Assembly (NCBI GenBank): GCA_029260825.1
Contig: JAJDCM010000367.1
Coordinates: 8,456 to 72,455, forward strand
DNA length: 64,000 nt
Direction: 5' to 3'
Source: Planctomycetota bacterium
GTDB lineage: Bacteria; Planctomycetota; JACOTG01; JAJDCM01
Part shown: positions 9,258 to 18,560 of the stretch, in pieces
Layout of the letters: the number at the start of each line of letters is the position of its first letter
Numbering within the stretch: the first letter of the stretch is position 1
Notes under the pieces: model-generated
The model's input: the letters and a program-made list of their open reading frames with translations, nothing else
Told to the model about the DNA's origin: nothing
Databases searched by the model: none
Position numbers and translations under genes: made by a program

Positions 9258-10316
9258 TCAATGGGCGACAAACGCTTCCCAAAGCGTGAGGCCAATCAAG
9301 GCGAACACCGCCAGGATTCCGAGCCACACACTGAATTCCGACCCCTTCCATCGGCGCCGGATCGCAGCGTCAATAAAGGGCCAAAGAAACATGACAAAGA
9401 CGATCAAACCCATGGAGAGAATCGCCGCAGTGCCCGAGAACAACTTCAGCCACCGGAAGGCGACATAAAAGAACCACTCGGGCTTGATGATCTCCGGAGT
9501 GACGAGCGGATTGGCCTCCGGGCCCATGTTTGCGGGCACAACGGTGGCGAGGAAACTCAGAAGGATCATCAGAACCAAGCCGATGAAAATCTCCATCAAG
9601 AAGTGATCGGGGAAAAACGCAAAATGGCCGCCCCCTTCTCCCTTGGCTTGATCCTTCTTGAACTGGAATTCGGTGACGCCCTGCAGCCGGATGAGAGAAA
9701 TGTGGACCACCAGGAGGAACACCATCGAAACCGGAAGCACGGCAGCATGCAGAATGAAGAAGCGAGACAAAGTCTGCTCTCCATAGGAATCTCCGGCGAG
9801 CATCATCCTCTTCATGAAAGGCCCAAGAACAGGGACCATATCCGCAATATTCGCTCCTACCGTCGCACCCCAGTAGCTGAGCTGCTCGTAGACGAGACTG
9901 TAGCCAGTGAAACCGGTCATCAAGGTCAAAACGAGCAACGTCATCCCGATCATCCAGTTGAGATCACGCGGCTTTCGATAGGATCCGGTGAAGTAGACCC
10001 TCATCTGATGGAGAATAATGCTGGCAATCATGAGGGTCGCGGCCCACTTGTGGAGGCTACGAAAATACCAGCCGTATGCGACATCATGAGTGATGTAGCG
10101 AACCGACTCGTACGCGGTGCTCGACGAAGGTTCGTAATAGAACGCGAGCAGAATTCCGGTCACGATCTGGATAACAAAGAGGTAGGCCGGCGTACCGCCA
10201 AGGCAGAACCACCAGTGCTTCAAGTGGTTCGGCACCGGTTCGTTGGTGAATTCCCTCAGCTGCGATCCGCTGACCGGGATTCGTTCTTTCAGCCAGGAGC
10301 CAACAGTATTCATCAC
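9258..10316 (-). CDS. Cytochrome b (b6-like, fused with a subunit-IV-like part) of a Rieske/cyt b complex
   Basis: WFCLGG, RSLHKWAA, ILHQMRVY, FTGYSL...YWG, RFFILH, KPEWFF. Confidence 0.92.
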   Translation of the reverse strand: MMNTVGSWLKERIPVSGSQLREFTNEPVPNHLKHWWFCLGGTPAYLFVIQIVTGILLAFYYEPSSSTAYESVRYITHDVAYGWYFRSLHKWAATLMIASIILHQMRVYFTGSYRKPRDLNWMIGMTLLVLTLMTGFTGYSLVYEQLSYWGATVGANIADMVPVLGPFMKRMMLAGDSYGEQTLSRFFILHAAVLPVSMVFLLVVHISLIRLQGVTEFQFKKDQAKGEGGGHFAFFPDHFLMEIFIGLVLMILLSFLATVVPANMGPEANPLVTPEIIKPEWFFYVAFRWLKLFSGTAAILSMGLIVFVMFLWPFIDAAIRRRWKGSEFSVWLGILAVFALIGLTLWEAFVAH

Positions 10317-10343
10317 GTAGACACCCTTCTTCTCAACGATTTA

Positions 10344-10883
10344 TCAGATGTTGCGCGATGAGCTGGGGCAGCACGAAGCATTTGCTGTCGAGACATTGAG
10401 AGGAACAAGAATATAAAGGAGGGTCCCTACAACCTTGAGTGGGAAGCGGGTTAACGGTTGGTTTGCATCCTTGGGTGGCCCAGCGATGGGCTCTCCCGCG
10501 GCATCAAAGGCACCATTGTGACACGGGCAAAAGAATCGATCATTTTGCGCCTCCCAGTGAACCTGACAGCCGAGGTGAGGACACACGCTCGAGAGAGCGA
10601 CAAAATCCTCTGCGGTCTTCCCGGATCCCTTTCTTGCCAGAGTCACTCCTGCTCCTTCGGGAGTTCGATAATCAAAACTATCTCCCTCCTTGAGGCTTTC
10701 CACGTCGGTGACGAACATCCAGGCTTTCTTTCCATCATCTGTCTGATAGAGGAATCGAGCACCCAGAAAAGCAAAGGTTCCATAGCCAGCGGCAAGGCCA
10801 CCTGCCATGGCGAAGGTCGTGCCCGAAACGAGAAAGTTCCTCCGGGAGACCCCCTCATCGGGTAGCTCAGGTGTTTCGGACAT
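10344..10883 (-). CDS. Rieske 2Fe-2S subunit
   Basis: Tat motif SRRNFL plus TM helix; CPHLGC and CPCHNGAF boxes; GAGGAGG RBS. Confidence 0.95.
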   Translation of the reverse strand: MSETPELPDEGVSRRNFLVSGTTFAMAGGLAAGYGTFAFLGARFLYQTDDGKKAWMFVTDVESLKEGDSFDYRTPEGAGVTLARKGSGKTAEDFVALSSVCPHLGCQVHWEAQNDRFFCPCHNGAFDAAGEPIAGPPKDANQPLTRFPLKVVGTLLYILVPLNVSTANASCCPSSSRNI

Positions 10884-10951
10884 GAAAGCCCCTCCTCACT
10901 GGCGATTTCCGTGCTGGCTGCGAAGAATACCTCGAGCACCGAAGGATTCTC

Positions 10952-10965
10952 TTGACCCAGGTCAA
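10952..10965. promoter_or_regulatory. FNR-type palindrome
   Basis: TTGAC-CCAG-GTCAA upstream of the Rieske gene. Confidence 0.65.
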
Positions 10966-10996
10966 GGTGAGTCAAGAAAGTCGGATTGCTCAATGA

Positions 10997-11010
10997 TTGA
11001 TCTCGATCAA
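10997..11010. promoter_or_regulatory. Consensus FNR box
   Basis: TTGAT-CTCG-ATCAA in the Rieske/porin divergent promoter. Confidence 0.85.
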
Positions 11011-11085
11011 TGTTGCTTTCGCTCTGAAGAGTAGACATGAGGCGGTTCCGGATTCATTCCCATATCGCACCGAGAGGAGGGCTTC

Positions 11086-12501
11086 ATGAGGTTGTCAAGC
11101 CTGGCAATGCTGGCATCAGTTCTGATCGTCCCGATGTCCAGGGAAGTTCAAGCTCAGGAAAAAAACTCGAATACCAAGGAGGACGGCTCGATCAGACAAG
11201 AGCTCAGTGAGCTTCGTCGCGAGGTCGATGACCTGAGAGAGTGGAAGCTTCAGCAGGAGGAGACGGCCCCGGACGGGACGAGCGAGTCTCGGTTCAAACT
11301 CCCGGGATCGATGGGGCTTACCGTGTCGGGACAGATCCGAGTTCGAGAGGAGTACCGCAGTCATCTTTATAGTCCAACCGATCCAGACGGAAACGAGCGA
11401 AACGACTTCACCCGACTGCGGACTCGACTCCGATTCGACTTTGAGGTCAATGAGCAGCTCCAGGCAATCGTGGAACTCCAGGACATTCGCCTTCTCGGAT
11501 CCGAGGGCTCAACGACGGCGGACGCCGAGGGGCTTGATCTCAAACGAGCGGAAATGTTGATCAAAGACCCGTTCGGGCTCCCCGCCGAAATCGAGATCGG
11601 GCGATTTGTCATGTTCTACGGCAAGCAGAGAGTCATTGGCCACCTCGAGTGGTTTGATCAGGGACGTACTTTCGATGGGTTCCGCATCAAAGCTCAGGGG
11701 ACGTCATGGTTTGCCGATCTCTTCGGGGCAAGAATCAATGACCTCGGCGCTTCCGACGAGGACGACAGCGATCTTGTCGGTATCTACGCAGGAACCAAAG
11801 AGCTCATGAGCGGGCTTGATGTCGAGGGGTACATCCTTCATACTCGCGATCAGCGTCGCGGCACCTCGGAGCGTGGAACCCAGGGAACGACCGGGTTCAC
11901 AACATTCGGAAGCCGCTTGTTCGGAACCTGCTGCGGGCTCGAATATGAAACGGAAATTCTGTTCCAGACCGGCGAGGTTTTCGATGACAATCTGACCGCG
12001 TACGGTGGAGTTGTAGCGATCGGATACAAGTTCGAGGACTGTCCAATGACCCCCAGACTCGGGTTCGAAGTCGACTACGCCACGGGCGACCGGAACGGGA
12101 CGGATGGCGATACTGAGCAGTTGCAGGTACTATTCCCCACGAATCACATGCACTATGGAAACGCGGATCTGGCAGCTTTGAGCAACCTCTGGGATTTCCG
12201 GACATCGCTGGGGTTCCAACCATCGGAGACGGTAAGAGTGTCCCTTGATCATCATCACCTCTCCCTTCAAGACGAGGAAGGGGCGTGGGTCAATGCCGGA
12301 GGAGCTACAATCCGCCCAGGCGCCGCGGGAGCTTCCCGTCATCTGGGGGAAGAAGTCGATCTTACGGTCTGGTGGGATGCCATCGAAAACCTCGAGCTCC
12401 AGTTCGGATGGAACCACTTCTTCGGAGGCGGCTTTACGGACGACACGGGAAGACAACGAGACGCGGTGTTCACCTACATCCAGGCGCTTCTCAAATTCTA
12501 G
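11086..12501 (+). CDS. Alginate export family outer-membrane beta-barrel
   Basis: Signal peptide, coiled coil, GQIRVREE, RLRTRL, GRTFDG, LFPTNH, C-terminal Phe. Confidence 0.8.
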   Translation: MRLSSLAMLASVLIVPMSREVQAQEKNSNTKEDGSIRQELSELRREVDDLREWKLQQEETAPDGTSESRFKLPGSMGLTVSGQIRVREEYRSHLYSPTDPDGNERNDFTRLRTRLRFDFEVNEQLQAIVELQDIRLLGSEGSTTADAEGLDLKRAEMLIKDPFGLPAEIEIGRFVMFYGKQRVIGHLEWFDQGRTFDGFRIKAQGTSWFADLFGARINDLGASDEDDSDLVGIYAGTKELMSGLDVEGYILHTRDQRRGTSERGTQGTTGFTTFGSRLFGTCCGLEYETEILFQTGEVFDDNLTAYGGVVAIGYKFEDCPMTPRLGFEVDYATGDRNGTDGDTEQLQVLFPTNHMHYGNADLAALSNLWDFRTSLGFQPSETVRVSLDHHHLSLQDEEGAWVNAGGATIRPGAAGASRHLGEEVDLTVWWDAIENLELQFGWNHFFGGGFTDDTGRQRDAVFTYIQALLKF

Positions 12502-12520
12502 TCACACAACCAGGTCAACC

Positions 12521-13306
12521 ATGATCGAAACCCAGGTCGCGATCGAAGCTGCGGTAGCCGGACTTCTGGCCAGCGTGGCCTGTGGCCTGGGTGCACTGCC
12601 GCTTGGATTCAAAAGAATCAATCTGGGGAAGAGGATCGGTCTTGGCTATGGCTTCGCGGCCGGGTTGATGGTCGCCGCATCGGTCTACAATCTACTGTGG
12701 CCGGCCCTCACCCTCGGGAATGCGGAGCTTCGACTCGGCTCGGTGCTAAAAACAACCGCGGGTCTTTTCCTGGGATGCCTTCTTCTATGGTGGATGGGTC
12801 GCTTTCTGACCACCGAGCGACTGGAGAGCCGTGGAATTGCAAAGTGGTTGGGAGGTCGAACCGAAGCACTCATCTTCCTGACGATGTGCCTTCACTCGGT
12901 CCCGGAGGGAATTGCCGTCGGAGTCGGGTATGCAGGAGAAGCTCGACTCGAGGACGCGGAGGGCCTGGGGGGCTACATTGCGCTCGCCATCTCCATTCAC
13001 AACATACCTGAAGGGCTGGCGGTTGCCCTGCCGCTGCGCCTTCGCGGCGTATCTCTGGCAAAGTGTTTTCTCTTCGCGTTTCTGACCAGTCTACCCCAGC
13101 CCATCGCCTCGGTTCCAGCATGCCTACTGGTCTGGTTCTTCGAACCACTCATCTTGCCTTGCCTCGGACTTGCGGCCGGCGCCATGATGTACCTGACGAT
13201 CGAGGAGCTCGTTCCGGACGCCCTTGAAACCCGAAGTCGAGGACAGGTCGCGTGGGCCTTCATGATCGGTTTCATCAGCATGGTCCTCGTGCAGGCCGTC
13301 CTCTGA
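12521..13306 (+). CDS. ZIP (ZupT/GufA) family metal transporter
   Basis: LHSVPEGIAVG and IHNIPEGLAVA motifs; multi-TM. Confidence 0.9.
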   Translation: MIETQVAIEAAVAGLLASVACGLGALPLGFKRINLGKRIGLGYGFAAGLMVAASVYNLLWPALTLGNAELRLGSVLKTTAGLFLGCLLLWWMGRFLTTERLESRGIAKWLGGRTEALIFLTMCLHSVPEGIAVGVGYAGEARLEDAEGLGGYIALAISIHNIPEGLAVALPLRLRGVSLAKCFLFAFLTSLPQPIASVPACLLVWFFEPLILPCLGLAAGAMMYLTIEELVPDALETRSRGQVAWAFMIGFISMVLVQAVL

Positions 13307-13376
13307 TTGAAGTCGGCCACGGCCTGCATCTTCCATCCGCATCAACGGTCCTTTCGAGATTCATCATCCTGTGAAC

Positions 13377-13390
13377 TTGACCTGAATCAA
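13377..13390. promoter_or_regulatory. FNR-type box
   Basis: TTGAC-CTGA-ATCAA, 82 bp upstream of the CBS gene. Confidence 0.7.
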
Positions 13391-13471
13391 GGATCCGCCA
13401 GATTCACGGGAGTATCGTTTAGAAGCTTGTTATGGGGAATCGACAAGACGAAAAATTCAAGGAGGTAAATC

Positions 13472-14020
13472 ATGAGCCGAAACCGGAGCCTGACCGACGC
13501 GGCATCCCAGTTCCCGGATCGCCTGGCCCTGTTGACGGCCTCGGATTTGATGACTCCAAACCCGGTCACGATCATGATCACCGCGACCGTGCCAGAAGCG
13601 GTTGCCGTGCTCACGGATCTCCATTTCAGTGGGGCGCCGGTTGTCGATGCAGATGGATGCCCGGTCGGCGTCATCAGTCGCACCGACATCGTGCGAAACA
13701 ATCACGAAGAAGTCGATCGAATTCAACCCAGCTCCGAGCCCGATGAGACTGATCTCTGGAGAACTCTGGTCGAATCTCGCGATGACTTCCTGATCGAGAA
13801 GGTGAACGAGACGCGGGTCGAGGACATCATGACTCCCCTTGTGTTCTCAGTGAAGCCGAACTGTGGGGGCGTCGATATCGTGACCAAGATGCTCAGTCAA
13901 GACGTCCACAGGATCCTTGTTGTGGACGATGAGGGAACTCTTCAGGGTGTGATCAGCTCCATGGATATCTTGAGAGAACTGGTAGATTCAACCCGATCCA
14001 GGACGGCGCAAGACACATGA
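13472..14020 (+). CDS. CBS domain pair protein
   Basis: ASDLMTPNP...SGAPVVD...VGVISRTD; VEDIMT...VHRILVVD...GVISSMD; AAGGAGG RBS. Confidence 0.9.
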   Translation: MSRNRSLTDAASQFPDRLALLTASDLMTPNPVTIMITATVPEAVAVLTDLHFSGAPVVDADGCPVGVISRTDIVRNNHEEVDRIQPSSEPDETDLWRTLVESRDDFLIEKVNETRVEDIMTPLVFSVKPNCGGVDIVTKMLSQDVHRILVVDDEGTLQGVISSMDILRELVDSTRSRTAQDT

Positions 14021-14040
14021 TCATAGGCCGTCAAATAGGC

Positions 14041-14706
14041 CTACGACCCTTCCTTCAGCACCCATTCCGTGGCGCGACGTGCGAGCTCGGTGGAAGTCTG
14101 AATCTGGAGCTTTTCCTTGATGTGCTCCCGGTGTGACTCCACGGTCTTCGGGCTGATGGAAAGGCGTTCGGCGATCTTCTTCGTGCCAAGCCCCGTTCCG
14201 ATGAGCTCAAAAATTTCGAGCTCCCTGTTGCTGAGCCGATCAACTGTAGCGGCCTCTACTTTCGCTGAGCGCCCGACGAACTTACCGAGCATTCGGTTCG
14301 CGATCGTGTCACTGACATAAATCTCCCCCTTGTGGACCCGGCGAATCGCTCGAATGAGAAGCTCCGTTCCTTTCTGCTTCATGATGTAGCCGGAGGCGCC
14401 GGCTCGGAGAGCACGCTCAGCGTAGAGAGCTTCGTCATGCATGGAAAGGACGAGAATCCGGATGGCAGAGTTTCGGGCCTGTATCTGCTTGATCAGATCG
14501 AGGCCGCCAATATCTTGCAAGGAGAGGTCGACCACCGCGACATCGGGTGGTGGCTCGATCTTCTTCAGAGCATCGTGATACCCTTCCGCTTCTCCACAGA
14601 CGCAAAGACCTGGCGTCTGGTTGATCATGGCAATGAGGCCTTCCCGGACGATGGGATGATCGTCAACAAGGAGAATCTTGATCGGCGATCCGGAATCACT
14701 CGGCAT
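14041..14706 (-). CDS. NarL/LuxR family response regulator
   Basis: LVDDHPIVREG receiver domain; LSNRELEIFELIGTGL...SPKTVESHR HTH. Confidence 0.95.
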   Translation of the reverse strand: MPSDSGSPIKILLVDDHPIVREGLIAMINQTPGLCVCGEAEGYHDALKKIEPPPDVAVVDLSLQDIGGLDLIKQIQARNSAIRILVLSMHDEALYAERALRAGASGYIMKQKGTELLIRAIRRVHKGEIYVSDTIANRMLGKFVGRSAKVEAATVDRLSNRELEIFELIGTGLGTKKIAERLSISPKTVESHREHIKEKLQIQTSTELARRATEWVLKEGS

Positions 14707-15775
14707 GGGAGCCCCCCATCAAGTTGCTTGCATGGTGGGGATCAAAATGACAATCCACAACCATTCCTCCTCCCTCGCGTGCTCCGATCGTGAGGATTCC
14801 ACCAATGTGTCGAGTCCGGTAGTGCATCATGTGAAGACCACGCCCACCTTGATTCGCCAAGGGAAACGTGAAACCCATGCCGTCGTCCGAAACCATGAGT
14901 CTCCCTTGTCGGCCCTGCACCGTAAGGGTGACCCAGATGTTCTTCGCTTCAGCATGCTTGAGAGCGTTGTTGACCGCCTCGCTTGCAATGTAATAGAGCT
15001 GAAGAGCAACGCTCTGATTATCGACCGGAGCTGGAAGTTCATTGTGGAAGTGACATGCCGGTCCTTGCGCTCGATTCACAGAATCCACAAGCTCTTCCAG
15101 GGAGATCATGAGCCCCTCTTCGTCCACGGTGACGGGAACCAGCCCCCGAACTAACGCGCGAGTGTGGTCGATGGCTCCGTTGACCAGGCTAACGATACGT
15201 GCAGCGTCCTTGGCCGCGGCGGGATTTGTTTTCCCCAGACTTGTCCCAAGAGCGCCAGCAAGGAGCGCGATTCCCGTCAGCTCCTGGCCCAACCCGTCGT
15301 GAAGATCTCGCCCAATGCGTCCTTGCTCCTCACTGCTCGTGTTCAAAACCTCTCGCTCCAGCTGCTTGAGCTCGGATATGTCCCGAACGATGCCGGTGAA
15401 GAGGAGGCGTTCGTTAACTCGAGTCTCACTGATCGCCAGATGAATGGGAAACGTCGACCCGTCTTTCCGCCGGGCCACGACCTCACGCCCGGATCCGATC
15501 ACCTTGGGGATTCTTGTAGCCACGTAGGCCTGGATATAACCGTCGTGCTCGCTCCGATATGGATCGGGCATGAGAATGGAAATGTTCCTTCCCAGGAGTT
15601 CCTCGTCGGTATAGCCAAAAAGGCGGTGGACCGCAGGATTCACCGTGAGGATCGTGCCCAGGGGGTCAATCGTAATAATTGCATCTACCGCGGCCTGAAC
15701 CATGGATTCGAAAACGGCAAGGGACTCCTCCGGATTCGAACCTTGCACGGCATGATTTTCCTTCTTACTTTCCAT
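14696..15775 (-). CDS. Cytoplasmic PAS sensor histidine kinase (FixL-like heme PAS + HisKA_3/HATPase)
   Basis: LMPDPYRSEHDGYI...IGSGREVVARRKDGSTFP; RIGRDLHDGLGQ; EAVNNALKHA; DDGMG; no TM segment. Confidence 0.9.
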   Translation of the reverse strand: MESKKENHAVQGSNPEESLAVFESMVQAAVDAIITIDPLGTILTVNPAVHRLFGYTDEELLGRNISILMPDPYRSEHDGYIQAYVATRIPKVIGSGREVVARRKDGSTFPIHLAISETRVNERLLFTGIVRDISELKQLEREVLNTSSEEQGRIGRDLHDGLGQELTGIALLAGALGTSLGKTNPAAAKDAARIVSLVNGAIDHTRALVRGLVPVTVDEEGLMISLEELVDSVNRAQGPACHFHNELPAPVDNQSVALQLYYIASEAVNNALKHAEAKNIWVTLTVQGRQGRLMVSDDGMGFTFPLANQGGRGLHMMHYRTRHIGGILTIGAREGGGMVVDCHFDPHHASNLMGGSHAE

Positions 15776-15890
15776 TGCTGGGTGAGTGTCCTTTGCTTTC
15801 CTTCACGACCTGAACAGTTCCCCGAAGGCTTCGCCGGGAGGCTGCGTCAGGTTAGCCGGTTCGAACTCCCCCAGCATAGGAAAAATCGGC

Positions 15891-16898
15891 TCAGCACGCG
15901 AGGGCCAGCTCGTCAAGGGATTCCGGATCCTCGATCCAGACCGTCCTTCCTTCCACCTCGATAATTCGGCTCTCCTGCATGCTTCTGAGCCCCCGACTCA
16001 ACGTCTCGGGAGCGACCCCCACAAGGGACGCGATCTCGAACTTGGGGAGGCGGAGTCGGATAGGATTCGGCCCCCGGCGAAATTGCTCCAGCAAGTAGCG
16101 AGCAATTTTGCTCATGGATTGCCCTGTCGCAAGATGGGCGCTCATCCGAAGAAGCTTCTCGTTTCTGAGAGCGAGGACCCGGAGGACTCGCTTGCAGAAT
16201 CCGGAATCCTTTTCCACCAGAGTCCGGAAGGTGGACGGTTTGACAATCAGGACGGTGGCCTCCGTGATGGACTCGGCGTTTCCGGTGTGCGGCTGTTCAA
16301 GGAGAACGGCCTCCTCGGCAAACACATCGCCAGGCTCGAGGGCGAGAAGATTGAAGGGGCGCCCGTCGTAGTTTGTGCGGCAGACCTTCAGCAATCCCTT
16401 GAGGACAACAAAAAATCCGCGGCAGGATTCGCCGTCGTGAACGAGGCTCTCCTTGGGGGAGAGATGACGGACACGGCTCGTCTCAGCGATCAGGGAGAGA
16501 TCCTGAGATGACAGCCCCTTGAAGAACGCGGTATCGGTGACAACCTGGATCATTCGTGCGGCGGGAATCCGAGCCTCACGAGCGCGTCGCGTCACAACAA
16601 GGGGACACTGGGGCAACGTCCCGCAGTTGGCCTTCTCCTGCAAGGTACGAACGACCTCATTGATTCGTTCGGTCGTCCGTGCGTCGAAGGAACGGGGCTT
16701 CCCGTCCAGGTCGCGCACATCCTCCAGCTCGATGGTTGTCTTGCCGCCGTCGAATTGAGCGGAGAGACAGAGTTCAACATCTTCAGAATCGGGTCCGATA
16801 GGTCCGGCGGGAGTTCGAAAACGGACAGGACCTTCCGGGTTCGGGCGAGCCTCACACCACTCACATCGTGTCCCTAGAGCTTCTGCGGACTTCGTCAT
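15891..16898 (-). CDS. Crp/Fnr family regulator with Cys-rich N-terminal extension
   Basis: cNMP-binding domain and GVAPETLSR HTH; AAGGAGG RBS supports the long start. Confidence 0.88.
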   Translation of the reverse strand: MTKSAEALGTRCEWCEARPNPEGPVRFRTPAGPIGPDSEDVELCLSAQFDGGKTTIELEDVRDLDGKPRSFDARTTERINEVVRTLQEKANCGTLPQCPLVVTRRAREARIPAARMIQVVTDTAFFKGLSSQDLSLIAETSRVRHLSPKESLVHDGESCRGFFVVLKGLLKVCRTNYDGRPFNLLALEPGDVFAEEAVLLEQPHTGNAESITEATVLIVKPSTFRTLVEKDSGFCKRVLRVLALRNEKLLRMSAHLATGQSMSKIARYLLEQFRRGPNPIRLRLPKFEIASLVGVAPETLSRGLRSMQESRIIEVEGRTVWIEDPESLDELALAC

Positions 16899-16924
16899 GA
16901 CTGCCTCCTTTTCGATGGACTGCC

Positions 16925-16954
16925 TTGATCACCATCAAACTTGATCACCATCAA
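16925..16954. promoter_or_regulatory. Two tandem identical consensus FNR boxes
   Basis: TTGATCACCATCAA at 16925-16938 and 16941-16954, immediately upstream of the Crp/Fnr gene. Confidence 0.88.
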
Positions 16955-17028
16955 GAGGAAACCATTTCGAGGGCCGTCCCGGTATCGGGAGCAAGTCTGG
17001 ATTCGGGGGTAGGGAGTCTTCCCAGGCG

Positions 17029-17047
17029 CATGGGGAAATCCCCCATG
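17029..17047. promoter_or_regulatory. Palindrome, candidate response-regulator site
   Basis: CATGGGG-AAATC-CCCCATG upstream of the fnr-kinase-regulator cluster; the function is inferred. Confidence 0.35.
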
Positions 17048-17198
17048 GAGACTCGCCAACTGTAGAACTCAGAATCATCTTGACGCGGCTTTGAATGAAC
17101 CCGGTCCCAGGATCAACGCGGAAACGATTGCGCTAGCCCTTTCTAGCCCAGGGAAAATAACGATAGCGCCCCGGAAACAATTGTGCTAAAAAACCAGC

Positions 17199-18560
17199 AT
17201 GAAAACTTCCAAATCAAGCGCCTGGGCCCACCTCAAAGCTTCCTGGATCGTGGCCGCCTGCACCTTCATCCTCGCGACAAACCAGACCGCCCGCGGCGAG
17301 GAATCGCCCTCTCCGCTCGCTCAAGACTTCCAGTCCTTCTGGGAGGCTCCGGGGCCGAAACCTCGTCTCGAGCAAGTCGAGAAACTCCTGAAACACGATG
17401 CATCCTTCGACGAGTTGTTGTCACTCCTTGCCGCCGGTCCGCGGTTTCGTGACGATGTTCCTCGGGGGCGTATTCTGCGGTCACGAAAAGGAGCGGGAAA
17501 TCAGGAACATCCCTGGCTCCTCCTTGTTCCTGAAGATTACCGGCCCGATCGCTCCTACTTCCTTCGGGTTGATCTTCATGGAGGCATGGGAGCACCCCCA
17601 TGGCCAAAAGACGGCAGCTGGGCCAAAGGATGGAATCCACAGTCGAAGCAACTGATCCTCTTTCCCGCGGGCTGGTGGGACTCCATGTGGTGGACAGCGG
17701 GGCAAGTCGAGAACCTCGACGCCATCCTTGACGAGGTAAAACGGACCTGGAATGTAGACGAAAATCGGGTGCTCCTCGTCGGATCCTCCGACGGATGCAT
17801 CGGATCCTGCTTCTACGCCCTCCGTCATTCGACGGCCTTCGCCGGTTTCGGCGGCTTCATCGGCTGTCCGGTCCGCCTGACGAACCCCACCCTCCGAATC
17901 GATGGGCAAATGCATCTCTCTAACCTCGACGGGACTCGATTCTTTCTGGCCAACGGAGGGCGGGATCATCTCTTTCCCGTCAAAGATATCCGTGACTACT
18001 GGGATCTTTTCCAACGTCATGGAGCCGACGTCGAATACATCGAATACCCAAGAGAGGGTCACGGGTTTTCCTTGACGCGGGAGGACGAGCGCAAGTTCGC
18101 CAGGTTCCTGTTCAATACGCGCCGCGACCCCTTGCCCGACAAAATCTCGTGGGCAACCGAGAGAACCGATCGCTATCAACGACGCGGCTGGATCGAAATC
18201 GTGGAACTCGGCAAGGCCTCAAGCGACTCAAAAGAGCTCGAAAAAGACATCGTCATGCCGCGGATCTGCACCGGTAAATATCGTCGGCTTCGCGCTCCTC
18301 GGCCTCGCCCCTGGGGAAGAGTCGACGCAAGCCGATCGGAAAATCGAGTCACCGTGGTTACCCGAGGCGTACGCCGTTTTCGAATCCTGCTTGCCCCGGG
18401 GGAGTTCGACCTCTCAAAGGAAGTCGAGATCATCGTCAACGGAATTCCGGTCCTGAAAAAGATGATCAATCCGGACCCACGCATCCTCTTGACCCGGGCG
18501 GCTCACGATCTCGACCGGACGATGCTGTTCGCCGCGGAGGAAGAGATTCAGGTTCCCTAA
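17199..18560 (+). CDS. Secreted alpha/beta hydrolase (esterase/peptidase-like)
   Basis: Signal peptide, LHGG, DENRVLLVGSSDG nucleophile elbow, GGRD, EGH. Confidence 0.75.
   Translation: MKTSKSSAWAHLKASWIVAACTFILATNQTARGEESPSPLAQDFQSFWEAPGPKPRLEQVEKLLKHDASFDELLSLLAAGPRFRDDVPRGRILRSRKGAGNQEHPWLLLVPEDYRPDRSYFLRVDLHGGMGAPPWPKDGSWAKGWNPQSKQLILFPAGWWDSMWWTAGQVENLDAILDEVKRTWNVDENRVLLVGSSDGCIGSCFYALRHSTAFAGFGGFIGCPVRLTNPTLRIDGQMHLSNLDGTRFFLANGGRDHLFPVKDIRDYWDLFQRHGADVEYIEYPREGHGFSLTREDERKFARFLFNTRRDPLPDKISWATERTDRYQRRGWIEIVELGKASSDSKELEKDIVMPRICTGKYRRLRAPRPRPWGRVDASRSENRVTVVTRGVRRFRILLAPGEFDLSKEVEIIVNGIPVLKKMINPDPRILLTRAAHDLDRTMLFAAEEEIQVP

Noticed and set aside
9213-10361. Long alternative-frame ORFs (also 772-1869, 46845-47930, 51071-52114, 55071-56264)
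   Set aside because: These are shadow ORFs overlapping well-supported genes in GC-rich DNA, with no motifs.
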